A stretch of DNA of 63,443 nucleotides, filler included, from Reticulomyxa filosa (taxonomy: Eukaryota; Protista; Foraminifera), in assembly GCA_000512085.1 (NCBI GenBank). It is 17 parts of 17 records of this genome, joined end to end, with 100 filler letters (N's around TTAATTAATTAA, not from the genome) between each part and the next. Parts side by side here need not be neighbours in the genome. Positions count along the whole stretch, not along the records: positions 1 to 13,300 come from ASPP01006988.1; 16 more parts are not named here. One strand, 5' to 3'. Under the pieces are notes generated by a model. It did no database searches. It was not told the DNA's origin and worked only from the letters and a program-made list of their open reading frames with translations. The first letter of the stretch is position 1. Each line of letters begins with the position of its first letter. A program made the translations under genes and the position numbers. Shown here in pieces: positions 1 through 13,266 of the stretch.

Positions 1-1171
1 CAACAACAACAACAAATACATGCTTATTCGATGGCAGAGCTTCAACATCAAGGTGATGACCCTGCTCACAATAAAAACTCCAAATCCAAATACAAAGGTA
101 TATTGCTGCTTGCAAAGTCAGACTTTGAAACAAATATACTTATACATATGCATATATGATGTGTGTATAGGCAGTGATGACGCACATAAACGAAGACACA
201 CCGCCCAAGAGAAAGGTCCGAACAATGAAACGTTTAAAACTCATGTACTTGACGTATTTGCGGAGTTCCACGAATTTTTGAAACAGCGCGAAAAGCGAGA
301 CAGCGATGACGGAGCCAACGTGCACTTGAAGAAGCGGAAAGAAAGGGACGATAATGAAAACGAAGAGGAGGAGCAACCAAGACATCGCCAAGGGAAACGA
401 CAGCAGAATAAGCTGTCCAAACACGACCACAAAAAAAGAAGAGGGGACGACAATTACAATGGCAATGGCAATGGCAATGGTGACAATGAAGAAGAAGAGG
501 AAGACGAAGAAATTTCTCGAGCGTCTCAAGAAGAAAACGAAGATGAAGATGAAGAGGAACGTAATCCATCGGAGTCACGCTCTCGTCCAAATTCGAAGGG
601 TCAAAAAGGAAAACACAAACACGAAAGTAAAAATCAGGACAAAAGTGGTAGTCGAAAAGCGCATGACAAAAATCAAGGCCAGAGCAAAGTGAAACCAGAT
701 AGGCCGCGGGAACACGACAAGCAAAGTCCGAAAAAAAAAAGAAAAAGCGAAAAGAAACACGATTATCGCGATGGAAATAACGATTCGGACGCTTATTACA
801 AAGGAATGCCAAACGACAAAAAACAAGCTGTTCCATGGACTCAGAAGCATTCCAATCCGTACCAAAGAGGTGACGATTCTGCAAGTTTAGAGTATACATA
901 CTTTTTTTTTAAAAAAAAAAAGATAGGACTTTTTTTTTTTTGACAATTGGAATGACAGAGCCTGGTGGGATGAAAAATCCTTCACCAAACTCGCAAGGCA
1001 TGGTCGAGTTGGAGTCGCCCGCAAACACAATTCCCGATGAATTCTCGCGTACGCCGGCGCAAACGCAGTCCTTGGTATCAACGCAGCCGTCGCATCTCGA
1101 CTTTCAAAGTGATGGAAAGCCGGGTCCTGTTGCCTTTGGATATTACAGTAACAAGAACAAGTACAATCAGC

Positions 1172-1202
<31 letters not shown>

Positions 1203-1299
1203 GCATTCCCCAGTGATCTCTCCGGCTCATCAAACCTATGCGATGAGTAAAAATGGAGGCAATCCAACAGACATCCGAAATCAAACTGGATTTGATGAC

Positions 1300-1337
<38 letters not shown>

Positions 1338-3953
1338 TCCAATTCGAAGTTCGGGTCGTGGCATCCCTCCTGGTCGAAGACGTAACAACAGTTATACGTA
1401 CATGTCACCATCCCCACGTGCGGAAAAGCCGTTGGAGTCGAAGTTGAGCAATCGCCCCAACAACGGCATGGACACAAGTATCGTGGTGATATCGGACGGC
1501 GAGCAGCTGTTGAAAGAGCTGCACGGCGTGCGTAATGAGAAGCAGTGGATCCGAGTGGTCGAGGCGATTATCCTATGTCTGCGACTGTCGAATCAAAGCA
1601 ACAATCTGGTGGACAACATGGCTGCGCCGGGGGACGTGGTGCATGGCAGTACGGACACGCGAAAGCGCATGAGTAGTAATGCGCGGAAAGCAAAAGAAGA
1701 AGAAGAACATGCGGAAGAAGAAGAACAGCAACAACAAGGACACAAGGAACAAGCTCAACAAAAAGGTCGATATGGCCAAATCACAACAACGACAACGACA
1801 ACGACAAATGTCAATGCCGGGGAAAAGGACTTGCGCAATGTGATAAAAAAAAACAGTCACCAATTTTTCACCGATTTGTTGCGATTTGTGCCATTGGAAA
1901 AGAATCGACACAACAAGATAATGTTGGAAAACTGCTTGGATATTTGCTGCGGACTTTGCTATGGCAGCAGCGAGGACGAGGAAATGAAGACAATGTTGCA
2001 CAATGTCGGAGTGATCAGTTTGGTACTGGAAATCTGCAACACGTATTTGGACTCGGATATTAACATGCTACGCAAATGCTGCTATATTTTGGAGGTAATG
2101 ACGTATAACCATCCCATGAACATTCAAGCGCTCATCCACGTGCCGAAAGGGATTGACCTGCTTCTAACCATCTTGCGCGACTATAGCAAGGTGGACGATC
2201 TTTGCATCCATTGTTTCAATACCTTGGTCAGCTGCATGCACTCGGATACGAACACCGAGAATAACAACCGCAATCGCAGATTGGTATGCAAGTCAGGTGG
2301 CGACAAAGTGTGCGTGCTCACCTTGCAACGTCGCAAGTGCTTCACGCCCGCCGACGCGACGATCATCACCAGCGCGCTCACATGCATCGCCAACTTGGCC
2401 TCGATCCCCGAAAACATGCCCTCGCTATTGCAAGAGAACGTCGTGACTGAACTCCTGGTCGTGATTAACGAAAACCTGCACCGAGGAGACATTATCAAGT
2501 GCGCGTGCGTCGCGCTGTGTAATATGAGCAGCGATTCGAGAGCGTGCTGGGTCATGTGGCATCACCACAACATTGCCGTATACCTGGTCAAAATCATGGA
2601 GGAGTACATGAAGATTCACCGTTGGAAGCACGATCAACAACAACAACAACAGCAGTTGCAGCTGCAAATGCAATTGCAAATGGTGCCGGATAAAGAGAGA
2701 GATAGAGATCAGAGAAGAGATAAAAAAAGAAATAGCAAACAGCAAGTGCGCAAAAATGAATATTGGAAAGACGAGTGGAACGACCTCGACGAAGGCACGA
2801 TCTTGAGCATTCAACAGTCGGCTCTCGGATGCATGGGCAACATCATTCGAGACCCTGTCAACGTCGTCGCGTTCATGGCCAAGAAGATGTATCGACATCT
2901 TTACAATATCATGCAGTGCTACACCGAAGAGTTTGTGCTTATGAAAATGTGTTTACGACTACTCAACATCCTCGTCACCGCCGTCGATCCAAACGCATCT
3001 GCACTCCGACACGCCTCTGCCAAATACAGTAATAAGCGCAATCCAAACAAACCCAATGTCAATGGTGACTATTCCAATGGACCGTTTGCACAAGGCATGT
3101 TCATTTCAGTTGTTTCTTTCTTTGTTGGTTGATTGATTTAATTGATTGTGATTTGTTATTACAAGAGTCTGTTTTTATATTAAAAAAAAAAAGGGGCAAA
3201 AAAAGGTTCAAGTGGCGATACTGGAGAGGAAGATCCAGACAATGCGAATCCGAATGCGGAAGTAATGAACGAAGAGATGCGGTCGAAACATCAAATGATG
3301 CTTCTGCAGAGCGGCATGATCCGCCATATGATGAACGTGATGAAGTCGCCGCGGAACATAATGCTGATCCCTCTTGGCATCAAAGTGTGCAAAAAGATCA
3401 AAAAGGAGCTGTGGAGGAGCTTCCGACTGACCAGAGTGAATATCAAAGAGCACCAGGAGATCCTGCTGAAACAAAAGAAAAAGCGAAGCGGCAAAATGAA
3501 AGGAAAGAAAAACAACAATGACAACAACGAATCGAACCATAGCGACAATGACGACGATATGGACGTGGACATGGACAACGACCAAGACAACGACAAAGAC
3601 AAAGACGGTGTCGGCGGGGATGAAACAACTACAACCGCATTTGACGGAGAAGACAAGATCGACGACAACATTAGCGATTTGAGTGACATCGAATTGGAGA
3701 TTGACGCGTCCTTATTTAAAATGATCCGCATTTACCAGGTGCTCAATCGCTACAATGTGTTTGAAGCCATGATTCAAATGCTTATGCAAAACAACGTACC
3801 CGCCAACAAAAACACCCAGCCGTCGACAACGATATCGACGTCGCTGACCATTTCCGGAGGTGTGTTGTACGATCATTTGGACGTGTTGAAAGAGTATGTG
3901 CAAATGATTGACGGCCTCGTCGACACCAATCGTTATTCAAAGCCTTCTCACAC

Positions 3954-3990
<37 letters not shown>

Positions 3991-5520
3991 CGACAATCAC
4001 GCTATTACGACCCAAAGCATGGAGAGCTGCACAATCCCAATCCCATAGACAGACGACAAATGTACGAGCGATCGCAGGCAGAAAGGGACGACAATGCCAT
4101 GGTCAATACATTCATGTACAAGATCCAGATTAACAACAAATCGTACGCTTTGGAATACGCATCCAAACATGGGTCCTTTTTATTTTGGCTACTCAAAGGT
4201 CTCACTCACGTGTTGAAATATGTCAGTGGCAATAAGATTGCCGCGCACGACGTGTCGTGGGTGCACAACGTCCGCAAAGAGAAACTCATGAGCATGCTCA
4301 TGCGAGTTGTTGTCATCATGTGGCGGCTGTCCGTCTATCACAAACCGGCCTCACACTTGGTCGAGCACGACGGAGTTGTCACCATCGTCGACGCCTCGCG
4401 ATACATTCATTATTCTGCCGCCAATGACAAACGTGTCGTTCTCATTGCTTATTATTTGAAAATCATTTGCAACATGCTAGGTTTACTTTCATTATATACA
4501 CACATACATATATACATATATATAAATATATATAATAAATGGGTGTGTATACGTATTAATTTTTTTTTTTCAAAAGGCGCGGATAAACGCACTTGGCGTG
4601 ATCTGACCGACACGGATGGCTATCATGTACTAAAGTCAGTAATAAACTCATTGAGTTTGTCTGGAAAAGAGGCACACACAATGCAGTCAGATTGGATATT
4701 GTTTGAGCAGGCCATTCGGGACAAATGTTTGCCGTTAGCAATTGAGTACATGTCGGAATTTGACACGACCGTGGCGCAAGAGCTGTGGTTCTTGACGAGC
4801 GGCACGCTGATGCGACAGCACACGATGAGTGCACCCCTTAGCGTGCGTGCACGTATGAAGGTGCAGGACCAGGACGCACACAACGGCAATCGCCATGGAA
4901 AAGAGAAGAAGAGTCGAAAGCAACACATTACACACAATGTCAATGTACGCATTGAATTGTTGCCGCATCGAAGACATATCATGCATGAACATGATCACGA
5001 TAACACGGACGATGACACCAATGGCAGAGGAGGAGAGGAAGAGTATCAAAAAGAAGAGGCCGAGGATCGACTAATTGCGAAACATTTGAAAAAGTTTTCG
5101 ACAGTAGAGCGGTCGTCGCCCAACAGTGGCTCGCCCAGACACAAGGACAAAGACAAAGATAAAGATAAAGATAAATACAACTACGCGTCAAAAGATGAAA
5201 GTCATCGTTATCAACAAGACAGTACAAATGAGACGAGGGACCCTCCTGTCAACAATCGATGGCGCATTTGGGTCATTATCGAAAGTGAAAATCATGAAAT
5301 TTATGAACACTTCCCAATGGATTGGGTTGAAAACATTTTACCAGGGAACAAACACATCTTGCTATCCAACTGTGATAAAAACAGCTGCTTAATGGTCGTC
5401 TACTTATATGTGTTTCAGTCCATCAAACTGAAACGTAAACACGTCTGTTTGGAGTGCTTGAATGAAAAAGACTGCCACTTTTGGACTCAAGCCTTACAAC
5501 AACTGCTCAAATTTTCTTAA
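1..5520 (+). CDS. Large armadillo/HEAT-repeat protein with low-complexity N-terminus and C-terminal PH-like domain (5' partial, multi-exon)
   Basis: Exons can be spliced in frame as <1-97, 171-884, 959-3094, 3206-4480 and 4577-5520, ending in TAA. ARM-like segments include ALTCIANLAS, ACVALCNMSS and SALGCMGNII. The C-terminus FLTSGTLMRQH...CLECLNEKDCHFWTQALQQLL resembles PLC-type PH domains. Poly-Q, poly-N and poly-E tracts are present. Confidence 0.8.
1171..1200 (+). repeat. (CAA)n microsatellite encoding poly-Gln
   Basis: Direct reading of the sequence. Similar tracts occur at 1-15, 2635-2650 and 3955-3990. Confidence 0.95.
1300..1332 (+). repeat. (AAT)n microsatellite encoding poly-Asn
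   Basis: Direct reading of the sequence. Confidence 0.95.
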
Positions 5521-6275
5521 AATTTGGCTTTTCGAAATGTCCAAAATTAAACAATATCGGATTGACATGGAACTTTTAATTTTTGGCTTTTTTTTTTTCG
5601 TGCGTTTTTATTTTACTGTATTTGTTTGTTCTATTTTTCTTATTTTTGAGTTCTATTTTGCCGGCTAACCACTCAGCACAAGTTGGAGAAAAAAAGTCAA
5701 GTGGAAAAATGTTTGTTTATTTGAAAGACACAATAATTTTTTTTCCCTTTTCTTGTTCAGTTTTTGTGGGCTTTTTTTTTGTTCTTTTTTTGTCAGATAG
5801 TGGATTCTTTTACTACTGTTTTTTTCATTTGCGTTTTGTGTCGGTTGGTTTTTTTTTTTTTTTGATTTGTTATATCCGTGAACCCAGAGCTTTTTTCCAC
5901 CGTCCATATGCGAAGTTTAGATTAGTTGTTCAATGCTTAAAAAATTAGGGGAAGTTCAATAAATAAACGATTTTCGCTTTGACTATTACTCTTGAAAATG
6001 AATAATTCTTTTATTACCCTTAATTGGCTTGTGCTTGCATTAAAGCCTTTTTGTCAATTTTATCATTGGAACTAAATCAAAAAATTATCTAAAAATCGCC
6101 AAAAAAAAGTAATGATCGAAACGAGCTAATGAATTAAAAACACAACGATAAAGGAGCACTCTTTCATCTTTCCTTTCATTGTAATGTTTTACTTTTTATA
6201 TTGTCACTATTTGCTTTTGAAGAGAAAAGAATTAGATCAAAATAAGTTTTAAAAAAGTTCAAGTTTATACTTGTT

Positions 6276-7568
6276 TCATATCTTTGGTTCTTGCAAATGT
6301 ACTCCCAAAAAGTTTAAAAATATATCAAGATTGGCAACAAAAGGATAATGCAGTAGTTGCTTTAAGTAATTTTCCAACAACACTCGTCTTTCTTCTACAA
6401 AGTTGTCATCGTTGTGGTCATACACAAGCTTCATTCGTTTAGGCGGTAGTGAAGGCAAGTGCTGTAGCAATTGACTTATTTCATTTTTTTGTGCTTGTGC
6501 ATTACACTTATTCGCCAATACCCTGCGCAATGCGCAATCCATTTCCAAAAACTGCACAAACCGTTTTAGCACTGTCCAGGTGGCATGTTCTGATGGCTGA
6601 TTGCGATTTCTAACTTGAATTATATACAATATATAATCACTCATTCTTCGATATGATTTAACTCTCACACTTGTCACCTGCTCTTTTCATGAAACAGACA
6701 TTTTTTCTTGCCAAAACAGCTTTCCAAACACTCATTTATATTAGGAAAAATTATTTTTGTTACTGTTAACCTCTTGCAAGTTTTGAGGTGTGTCCTTACC
6801 CGACAAAATATTTTTTGGTTCTAAGGGGATCTCTTTTTGAATCCCAGATCCGAAACCTTTTTCCAACGGAATCGGTATGGCCACGTTTGGACAGTTGATA
6901 TCACCTGTCAAATGAGGACACTGACCCAATTGAAAGTTTTTAGTTGTGCAATCACTTCGAAAGAAGATTATTAGCTGTGGCCACGCGCAAAACTTTTTGT
7001 TACGGATCAGTTTTTTGCAATAGTTGTCTAATAATGCCCTTCTTTGCTATTCATTAATTATTATTTGAGGAGTAAAAAAAAATTTTACAGTTTCATTTTC
7101 ATTTAATGAACTAACTTCCAGAAAATCCATATTTGTGTGATCAATTAACAGTTTTGAATGCTTAGATGGAAATGGTGGTAGTTTTTTCCACCAAAAATTT
7201 AGCGTTAATTGTTGATGTAAATCTTGAAATTGTTTAAACCTATTTTTGTGTCATTAAATCTCAGACAAAACAAAAAAATAGGTCAAAAAGTACCTTTTTC
7301 TGACAACCCAAGCTTTGCTGTTTGATCTTACGCAAATGTCATAATGACCGATACTATTTTGTTGAACAGTCACTTTTTGGACTGCGATGGATGTAATTTT
7401 CGATTTATAGATGTGCACGAGATTAGGTCTTGTTTGAATTTTCGCTTCAGTAGGCCGGATTTCATTTTTGAGAGTTTGGGCCTGTCTTGTGGATGTGATA
7501 CTTTTTTCGATGGGGGTAATTATTTTATTTCTGTCTGTTCCTTGTAAAATTTGATTTAAATCACACAT
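6276..7568 (-). CDS. Tandem PX (Phox homology) domain protein, sorting-nexin-like
   Basis: PX1 is assembled over introns: YDICVRSNSKAWVVRKR|FKQFQDLHQQL...LPPFPSKHSKLLIDHTNMDFLE|QRRALLDNYCKKL. PX2 lies in ORF 6276-6677: YIIQV...WTVLKRFVQFLEMD...LPSLPPKR...FVEERRVLLENYLKQLL. The start codon is uncertain. Confidence 0.85.
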
Positions 7569-7807
7569 CTCTGTAATAAGCCTTGATTTGGCACTTTTAA
7601 TTAAACAAAAAACTCCTCAATATGACGTAAAAGCGTATTTTAAGTTTAAATCTACAATACAATAATATATCCGATTTTCATCCGGTGTTGTTTCATTGTT
7701 AAAGAAATGTAAAAAACATTACCAAGCCAAAAAGGAACTGTTAAAAAAAATCTTCATTTTTTGCCGGAAAAATTTGGACAATTGTTCTTTCCATTGATCA
7801 TTCTCAA

Positions 7808-9464
7808 ATGTCATCAAATCAGGTGGATAACAAAATTCGCAAGCATCCCCTTTCCGAATCACTTGCAACAGATGTAGCAGCCACGAATGGTGATGACGGA
7901 CGGTCACTCGAGCCACCATGCAAAAAGCAGGGAATGGCACAAGCAAAGAGCAATGAAGGGAGTGGTTTAGCATTGGTAAGAGAGGACGAAAGGGAGATGA
8001 TTGAGTACATGAATAAGAAGTTTTTCGAAACCAATGACGAAAATATGAACGATTCAAAAGCAAACGAGCAATACCTGGCGTTGAAAGACACGGAATGGGC
8101 GCTAAACATAGTGCGTTTGACAAAAGACAAAATGGACGAGTGGATGAAAAGACATTTGGAATTGTTGTTAGGAATGAAGCTAGCAGATTGGAGAGAGTTT
8201 TTATTTGAGTCATCAAAGCCGCAAATCGAAACACTAATACCAAACAAAAACGATGAATCACAGCCTCATGGGACCAACGTTTCATCACCAACCACTACCA
8301 CAACAACAACAACAACAACAGTTCCCACAACTCCAAACACGTATACACACAACACTATGGTTTCTCCGACGCTACTTTGTATTCTCAAAGACTCGGCAGG
8401 CGTGTGGCGTGGTGCGATGACTGGAATGTTGCACTGTTACAAACTTAAGCGCCAACACAAAGAAAACATCGATGTCAATGAAACGAAAAACAAAGAAGAA
8501 CAAAAAGAAGAAGAAGAAGAAGAAGATATATATATTGTGAAGATCCCATTGGCTGGAGTCGATTTGCATTTTCGAAGACAGAAATTGGGGTCTTTAATGA
8601 TCCTGTATTGGGTCGGGAAACTCTATGAATTCATTTGCGATTTTCATCGTTCCAAACGCATCCACGCCAACGGCAAGACATCTCCTTTCCGCATTTTCTT
8701 CGTGGTTTTGTCACTGTCCGACGAAAATGCGCAACAATTTTGGAACAAAAATGACTTTGTTCATTCCAAAGATGTCGATTATATTTCTCAAACACTACAA
8801 CATTCATTGCAGTTTGGTGCATATATATGTGTATGTATACATATATATGCACTATTTATTATTTGTCACCTAGTGTTTATATGTAATCAGAACAAAAGAA
8901 TAACAATGAAACAGAAAAGAACAGCTTTTGAAACAAGGTGTGATGCTAAGCAAAGAAAATGAATTAATACCATTAATATATCGCCACAAAGACCAAACAA
9001 AAACATTGAACAATGAATGGAATGTCAACAGCGTATTTTTTGACAACGATTTGTACAAAAACTTTAAATGCCCGAAGTACACCAACTTTCATCAGAAATA
9101 TGCAAAATTGGAGGAGGTGGAAGAAGAGAAAAAAAAAATCGCGGAATGGAAAAAAAAATATGAGGAAAAAATGCGTCTCAAAAACTTGCAGAAAAATGTA
9201 TCCGACCAAACTCTTGCCTCTGCAGAGGGGAACACATCCAATGCAACTGATTCACTTTCTAACAAGAATGAAGAGGAGTATCCTCTAGTGTCAGATGATG
9301 ATAGTGACGAAGAGTTTCAACCGGACGAGAAAGGAGAGGAAGATGTCGAGGAAGAAGAAGACGAGGACGAAGATGAAGATTTTGATGAAGATGGCGAAAA
9401 TGACGCGAATGGTGATGATGACTATGATGCACATGATGATTACGACGAGGTCGATTGTGACTAA
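7808..9464 (+). CDS. GNAT-family acetyltransferase (GCN5-like fold) with acidic C-terminal tail
   Basis: Motif A-like VKIPLAGVDLHFRRQKLGSLM and motif B-like SDENAQQFWNKNDF. A GT-AG intron at 8817-8937 joins the two ORFs in frame (QFG|VMLSKE). The tail is D/E-rich. Confidence 0.75.
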
Positions 9465-9961
9465 TGATAAACACATCCATCCGTGATGTCGTCATATATG
9501 ATGAAATTTCTTTAATTTAATTTACTCCAGCAACACCACCAACTTGGTTGTTTTTTTTTGTTATTCCTTTTTTTGTTTTCTTCAATTAAGCACCACTTTT
9601 CCGAGTTGTTGCTTGGACGTTATCTTTTTTTTTTGTTATTGCTTCATTAATTGCAAAATAGATTAACAATGTTTTCACAGCTGCTAAAAAAATTAAAACT
9701 TGCTACGAGGAAAAAAAGAATCTTTTATCAATTGAAAGGACGAATAATGAAATAATATTGTTTAAAATTGCTCGTTGTCACATAGATTTTTTTCTTTAAA
9801 GAAAGCATCTGACAACCGTGCAAAAGTGAATTAAGATTATCTCCAAGACTTGTTCTTCATATTAAAGGAAAAGAAGATTGATACAACGAGGGAAAAAAAA
9901 GATGAGAGGAAGGAAAATGAAAAATCAAGAATAAAGGTAAATGGGTTGCAAGACAAAAAGA

Positions 9962-11263
9962 CTAAATATCTTCTTTAACGTCAACTGGAGGATTGGAAGC
10001 GTGCAAGTTTGAAATAAGGTCTTTGTTGACTTCCTTGAAATTGACAGGATTTTCGGCCATGACACTAACAACTTGCTTTGAATATCCAACCAAAGCTCCA
10101 TAATATCGTTGCAAACTCGCCATCAACTCTGTATTCTTCTTGTTTTCCATGTCCTTCACTCCATTCTTTTTTTTTTAACATTATTGTAATAGAATATTTT
10201 TACAATCTATACTCCTTATACCTACTTTAATCAAACAAGCAAAAAAAATAAAACTACAAAACAATGAATTCGTCTCTCGATTTATCCAATTCTAATTGTT
10301 TGGATTCTTTTTTATGTTGAAGTTCTTGAACTTTTTCCAGTGAGTCTTTACTTGCTTTGGCAATATTGTTAGCAGCAACATCATAGTCAGCCTTCACATT
10401 GACATACTTCCATTTTAATTTGCCCAACTGTTCGATATCTACGTCCCGAAACTGCTCCAATGGGATCACTAAATGCGTTACCAATTGATTCAAGTATTCT
10501 TGTTCGCTCAACTTTGACCACAAAGCAAACAAACAAATAAATATTAAAAAATAAAATAATATAAAGATTACAAACATCAATTTCTTGCATGACTTTTCCC
10601 AGTTGTTTCGAAAAAACGCTCAAGTAATCATGTGCTTCCACCTTCATTTGTCTAGTTGCTTCACTGAACGTTAAGTTTTGTCGAGCAAATTCTGTTAACC
10701 CCCGACAGCAAAGCAACACAAAAATGTACTTTTCTGTTGTTGTGGTTATTAGAATAATATAATGAGAGGGTCTACAGTGGCGGCAATGAAAAATAAATTA
10801 GTAAATTGACCTGCTCTTGCTTCATACATGCCTCGACAAGACGCAGCCAACGCAATAATTTGTGTCTTAGTTGTTTTGAGTACCTAAGTTTAATTTTGAA
10901 TTTTGTTTTAATACATTCAACTTTGCAAAAGATTTCTTTGCACACGTTTTTAACAATCTGTGTGTTATGTGCCAATTTTTTGTGTATACGTAAATAAAGG
11001 TGGATGTTCCTGATAAAGAATTGCAAGATATTTACAATTTGCAAAAAAAAAAAAACAAACAAAAAAAAACGACAAAACAAAAATAAAACTCCAAATGCTT
11101 GTGCTACTTCAGGAAGCTCGGATGTTGCTTCTACACCTCTTTTGGATGCCGAATATACTTTTGCTTGCACACGCGCATGGGAAATCGATTTCCCTGCTGT
11201 TGAAAGAAAACGCCCCACTCGGCTTGGTTGCTTTGCTAATACTGGAGGGTTTGTTTCTGTCAT
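9962..11263 (-). CDS. BAR-domain protein
   Basis: Multi-exon helical protein with BAR-like segments: EQEYLNQLVTHLVIPLEQFRDVDIEQLGKLKWKYVNVKADYD and ELMASLQRYYGALVGYSKQVVSVM. It has an amphipathic N-terminal helix (RVGRFLSTAGKSI). Confidence 0.75.
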
Positions 11264-12133
11264 TGTAGTTTCCCCAACTTTTGAATTTTTTCAATTTTTT
11301 TCCCGTCTTCTCTCCTTCTTTTTGTAATGTATCGCCAAAATGTATGATGTAAAAACTTTTTTAAAAACGCCCCTTCTTTGATGGTTTCAAATCTTTTTTG
11401 TAGAAAATTCTTTGCTCCAGTCATGAATAGAAGTATTCTTAATTCTTTGAATACGTTACAATAAAATAGCATTTATCAAGTCGCACTTCGTGAGTCTTAA
11501 GGTTTTGATAACGAGTGAAAACTGGAGATGGAGAGAAACAAAGGCCATGTGAACACAATAAAAACCATTAAAAAGAAAATGAAGAGAAAAAATATGTCTG
11601 TCCTTGTTGCAATTAACTCAAATATGCGTGTGACAGAAGCATATTTCTCAAGCAAACAAACAAAAACAAAACATAAACAAAAATTTTTCATTGTGCATCG
11701 CACGCCCACATCGTTGTTTCTTTTTGTGAATGTATTTAAAAAAAGTTTTCCATATCAAATAAAACATTTTGTAAAGCTGTTCTCTCGTAAATTTCATGTA
11801 ATTATTATTCTTTGTTTTTTTTTATTTAATAATTCTCTTCCCTCATTCTCATTTGAAAAGAATAAAAAAACAGGTCATCAAAATTATCAAACAAAGGAAC
11901 AAAAAACAAAACAGACAAAGGTGCCCCCCCCCCGTTGAAACACAATCACATTAAAAAAAAAAAAAAAGAACTTCCAAAGTTGGAATGAAAAGAAAAGAAG
12001 GGGAGAGAAGTGAGAGCAAAGGACATAGTTTTATTTGGATGCAAGAGGAAGAGAGTGAGAGAGCCACAAGACAAGACCAAGCAAAACACACAGACAAACA
12101 AAACAAAACAAACAAAATTAAAAAATGGAACAC

Positions 12134-12738
12134 TTATTGTTTTCTAAAAATGGTCATTTGCGAATGTGGTCCTCCTTTGTCGACAACCACACTCCCTTGT
12201 TTGACGCCGATATATCCTCCGGGGACTTTGCAAGACTCTAACTTGACAATATTCGGTTTGGAGATAACATGAACTTTGAATAGACAAGCGTCGGTGTCGT
12301 CATTCGTTAATTCAAGTTCTTTTTGTTCGTTAATTAGCAGATATTTTTTTGACTCTTCGTGTTGAACTTTTACCTTTGCACAAAATTCACACCATACATT
12401 TTCATAAATCACAACAGCATACACATATACATATATATAAATGTATATAAATATAAATATATATATATATATTTATACAAACAAAAATAACTCTTTGAAT
12501 TAAATCATCATTTTCCTCATCATCGGCATCAGTACTATGTGATGTGTTGTTGTTGACATTATTGCTATCAGTGCCATTATTGAGTGAAGTACTTTTACTT
12601 TTATTGTTATTGTCATTGGCATTCGTGCTGTTAGTGTTATTATTCGAATCGTTGTTAGTTTTGTTTGGATTATTATTATTACTATTACTATTACTTGTTG
12701 TCGTTGCATTATTATTATTGTTATTATTATTACCATTA

Positions 12739-12785
<47 letters not shown>

Positions 12786-13266
12786 GTTGTTGTTATTGTT
12801 AGCGTTATCATTATTATTAACAGCAGTGACATTGCTATTGCTGTTATTGTTGTTGTTGTTGTTGCTGTGATTGTTATCATTTGCATTGGAATTGTTGTTA
12901 TCTTTTTTCATTTCTGTGTTGTGGTTATCGTGTTGTGACTGTCGTGGCGAGGATGAAGAGGAGAACGGTTGAGAGATGTCGTCGCTGTCGAATCCTGTCT
13001 CGTTTGAAACTGACTGTGGAACGATGACCCAACGAGAGTGTTTCTCTTTCGTTCCTCGGTCCGACAGCTTGCCATTGATCACTGCAATGCCGCCATTGTG
13101 GGGATGACGAATAATCACTGTGTTTTCTTTTTGAAAGTGATAGGGCTTTACAAAATATGTGTCTTCTTCACTAACTCCATTTCTCAGTATTTGAAAATAA
13201 TTTCCATTGCTGTTCGCCTTCTTTTCGACTACTACACCTTCATGAGGCTTCACTGCCAAGTAATGT

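Noticed and set aside
12544-12870. Poly-Leu and poly-Ile ORFs resembling membrane proteins (also 140-529, 887-1477, 1078-1284)
   Set aside because: They are antisense or alternate-frame shadows of (AAT)n, (CAA)n and (GAA)n coding microsatellites.
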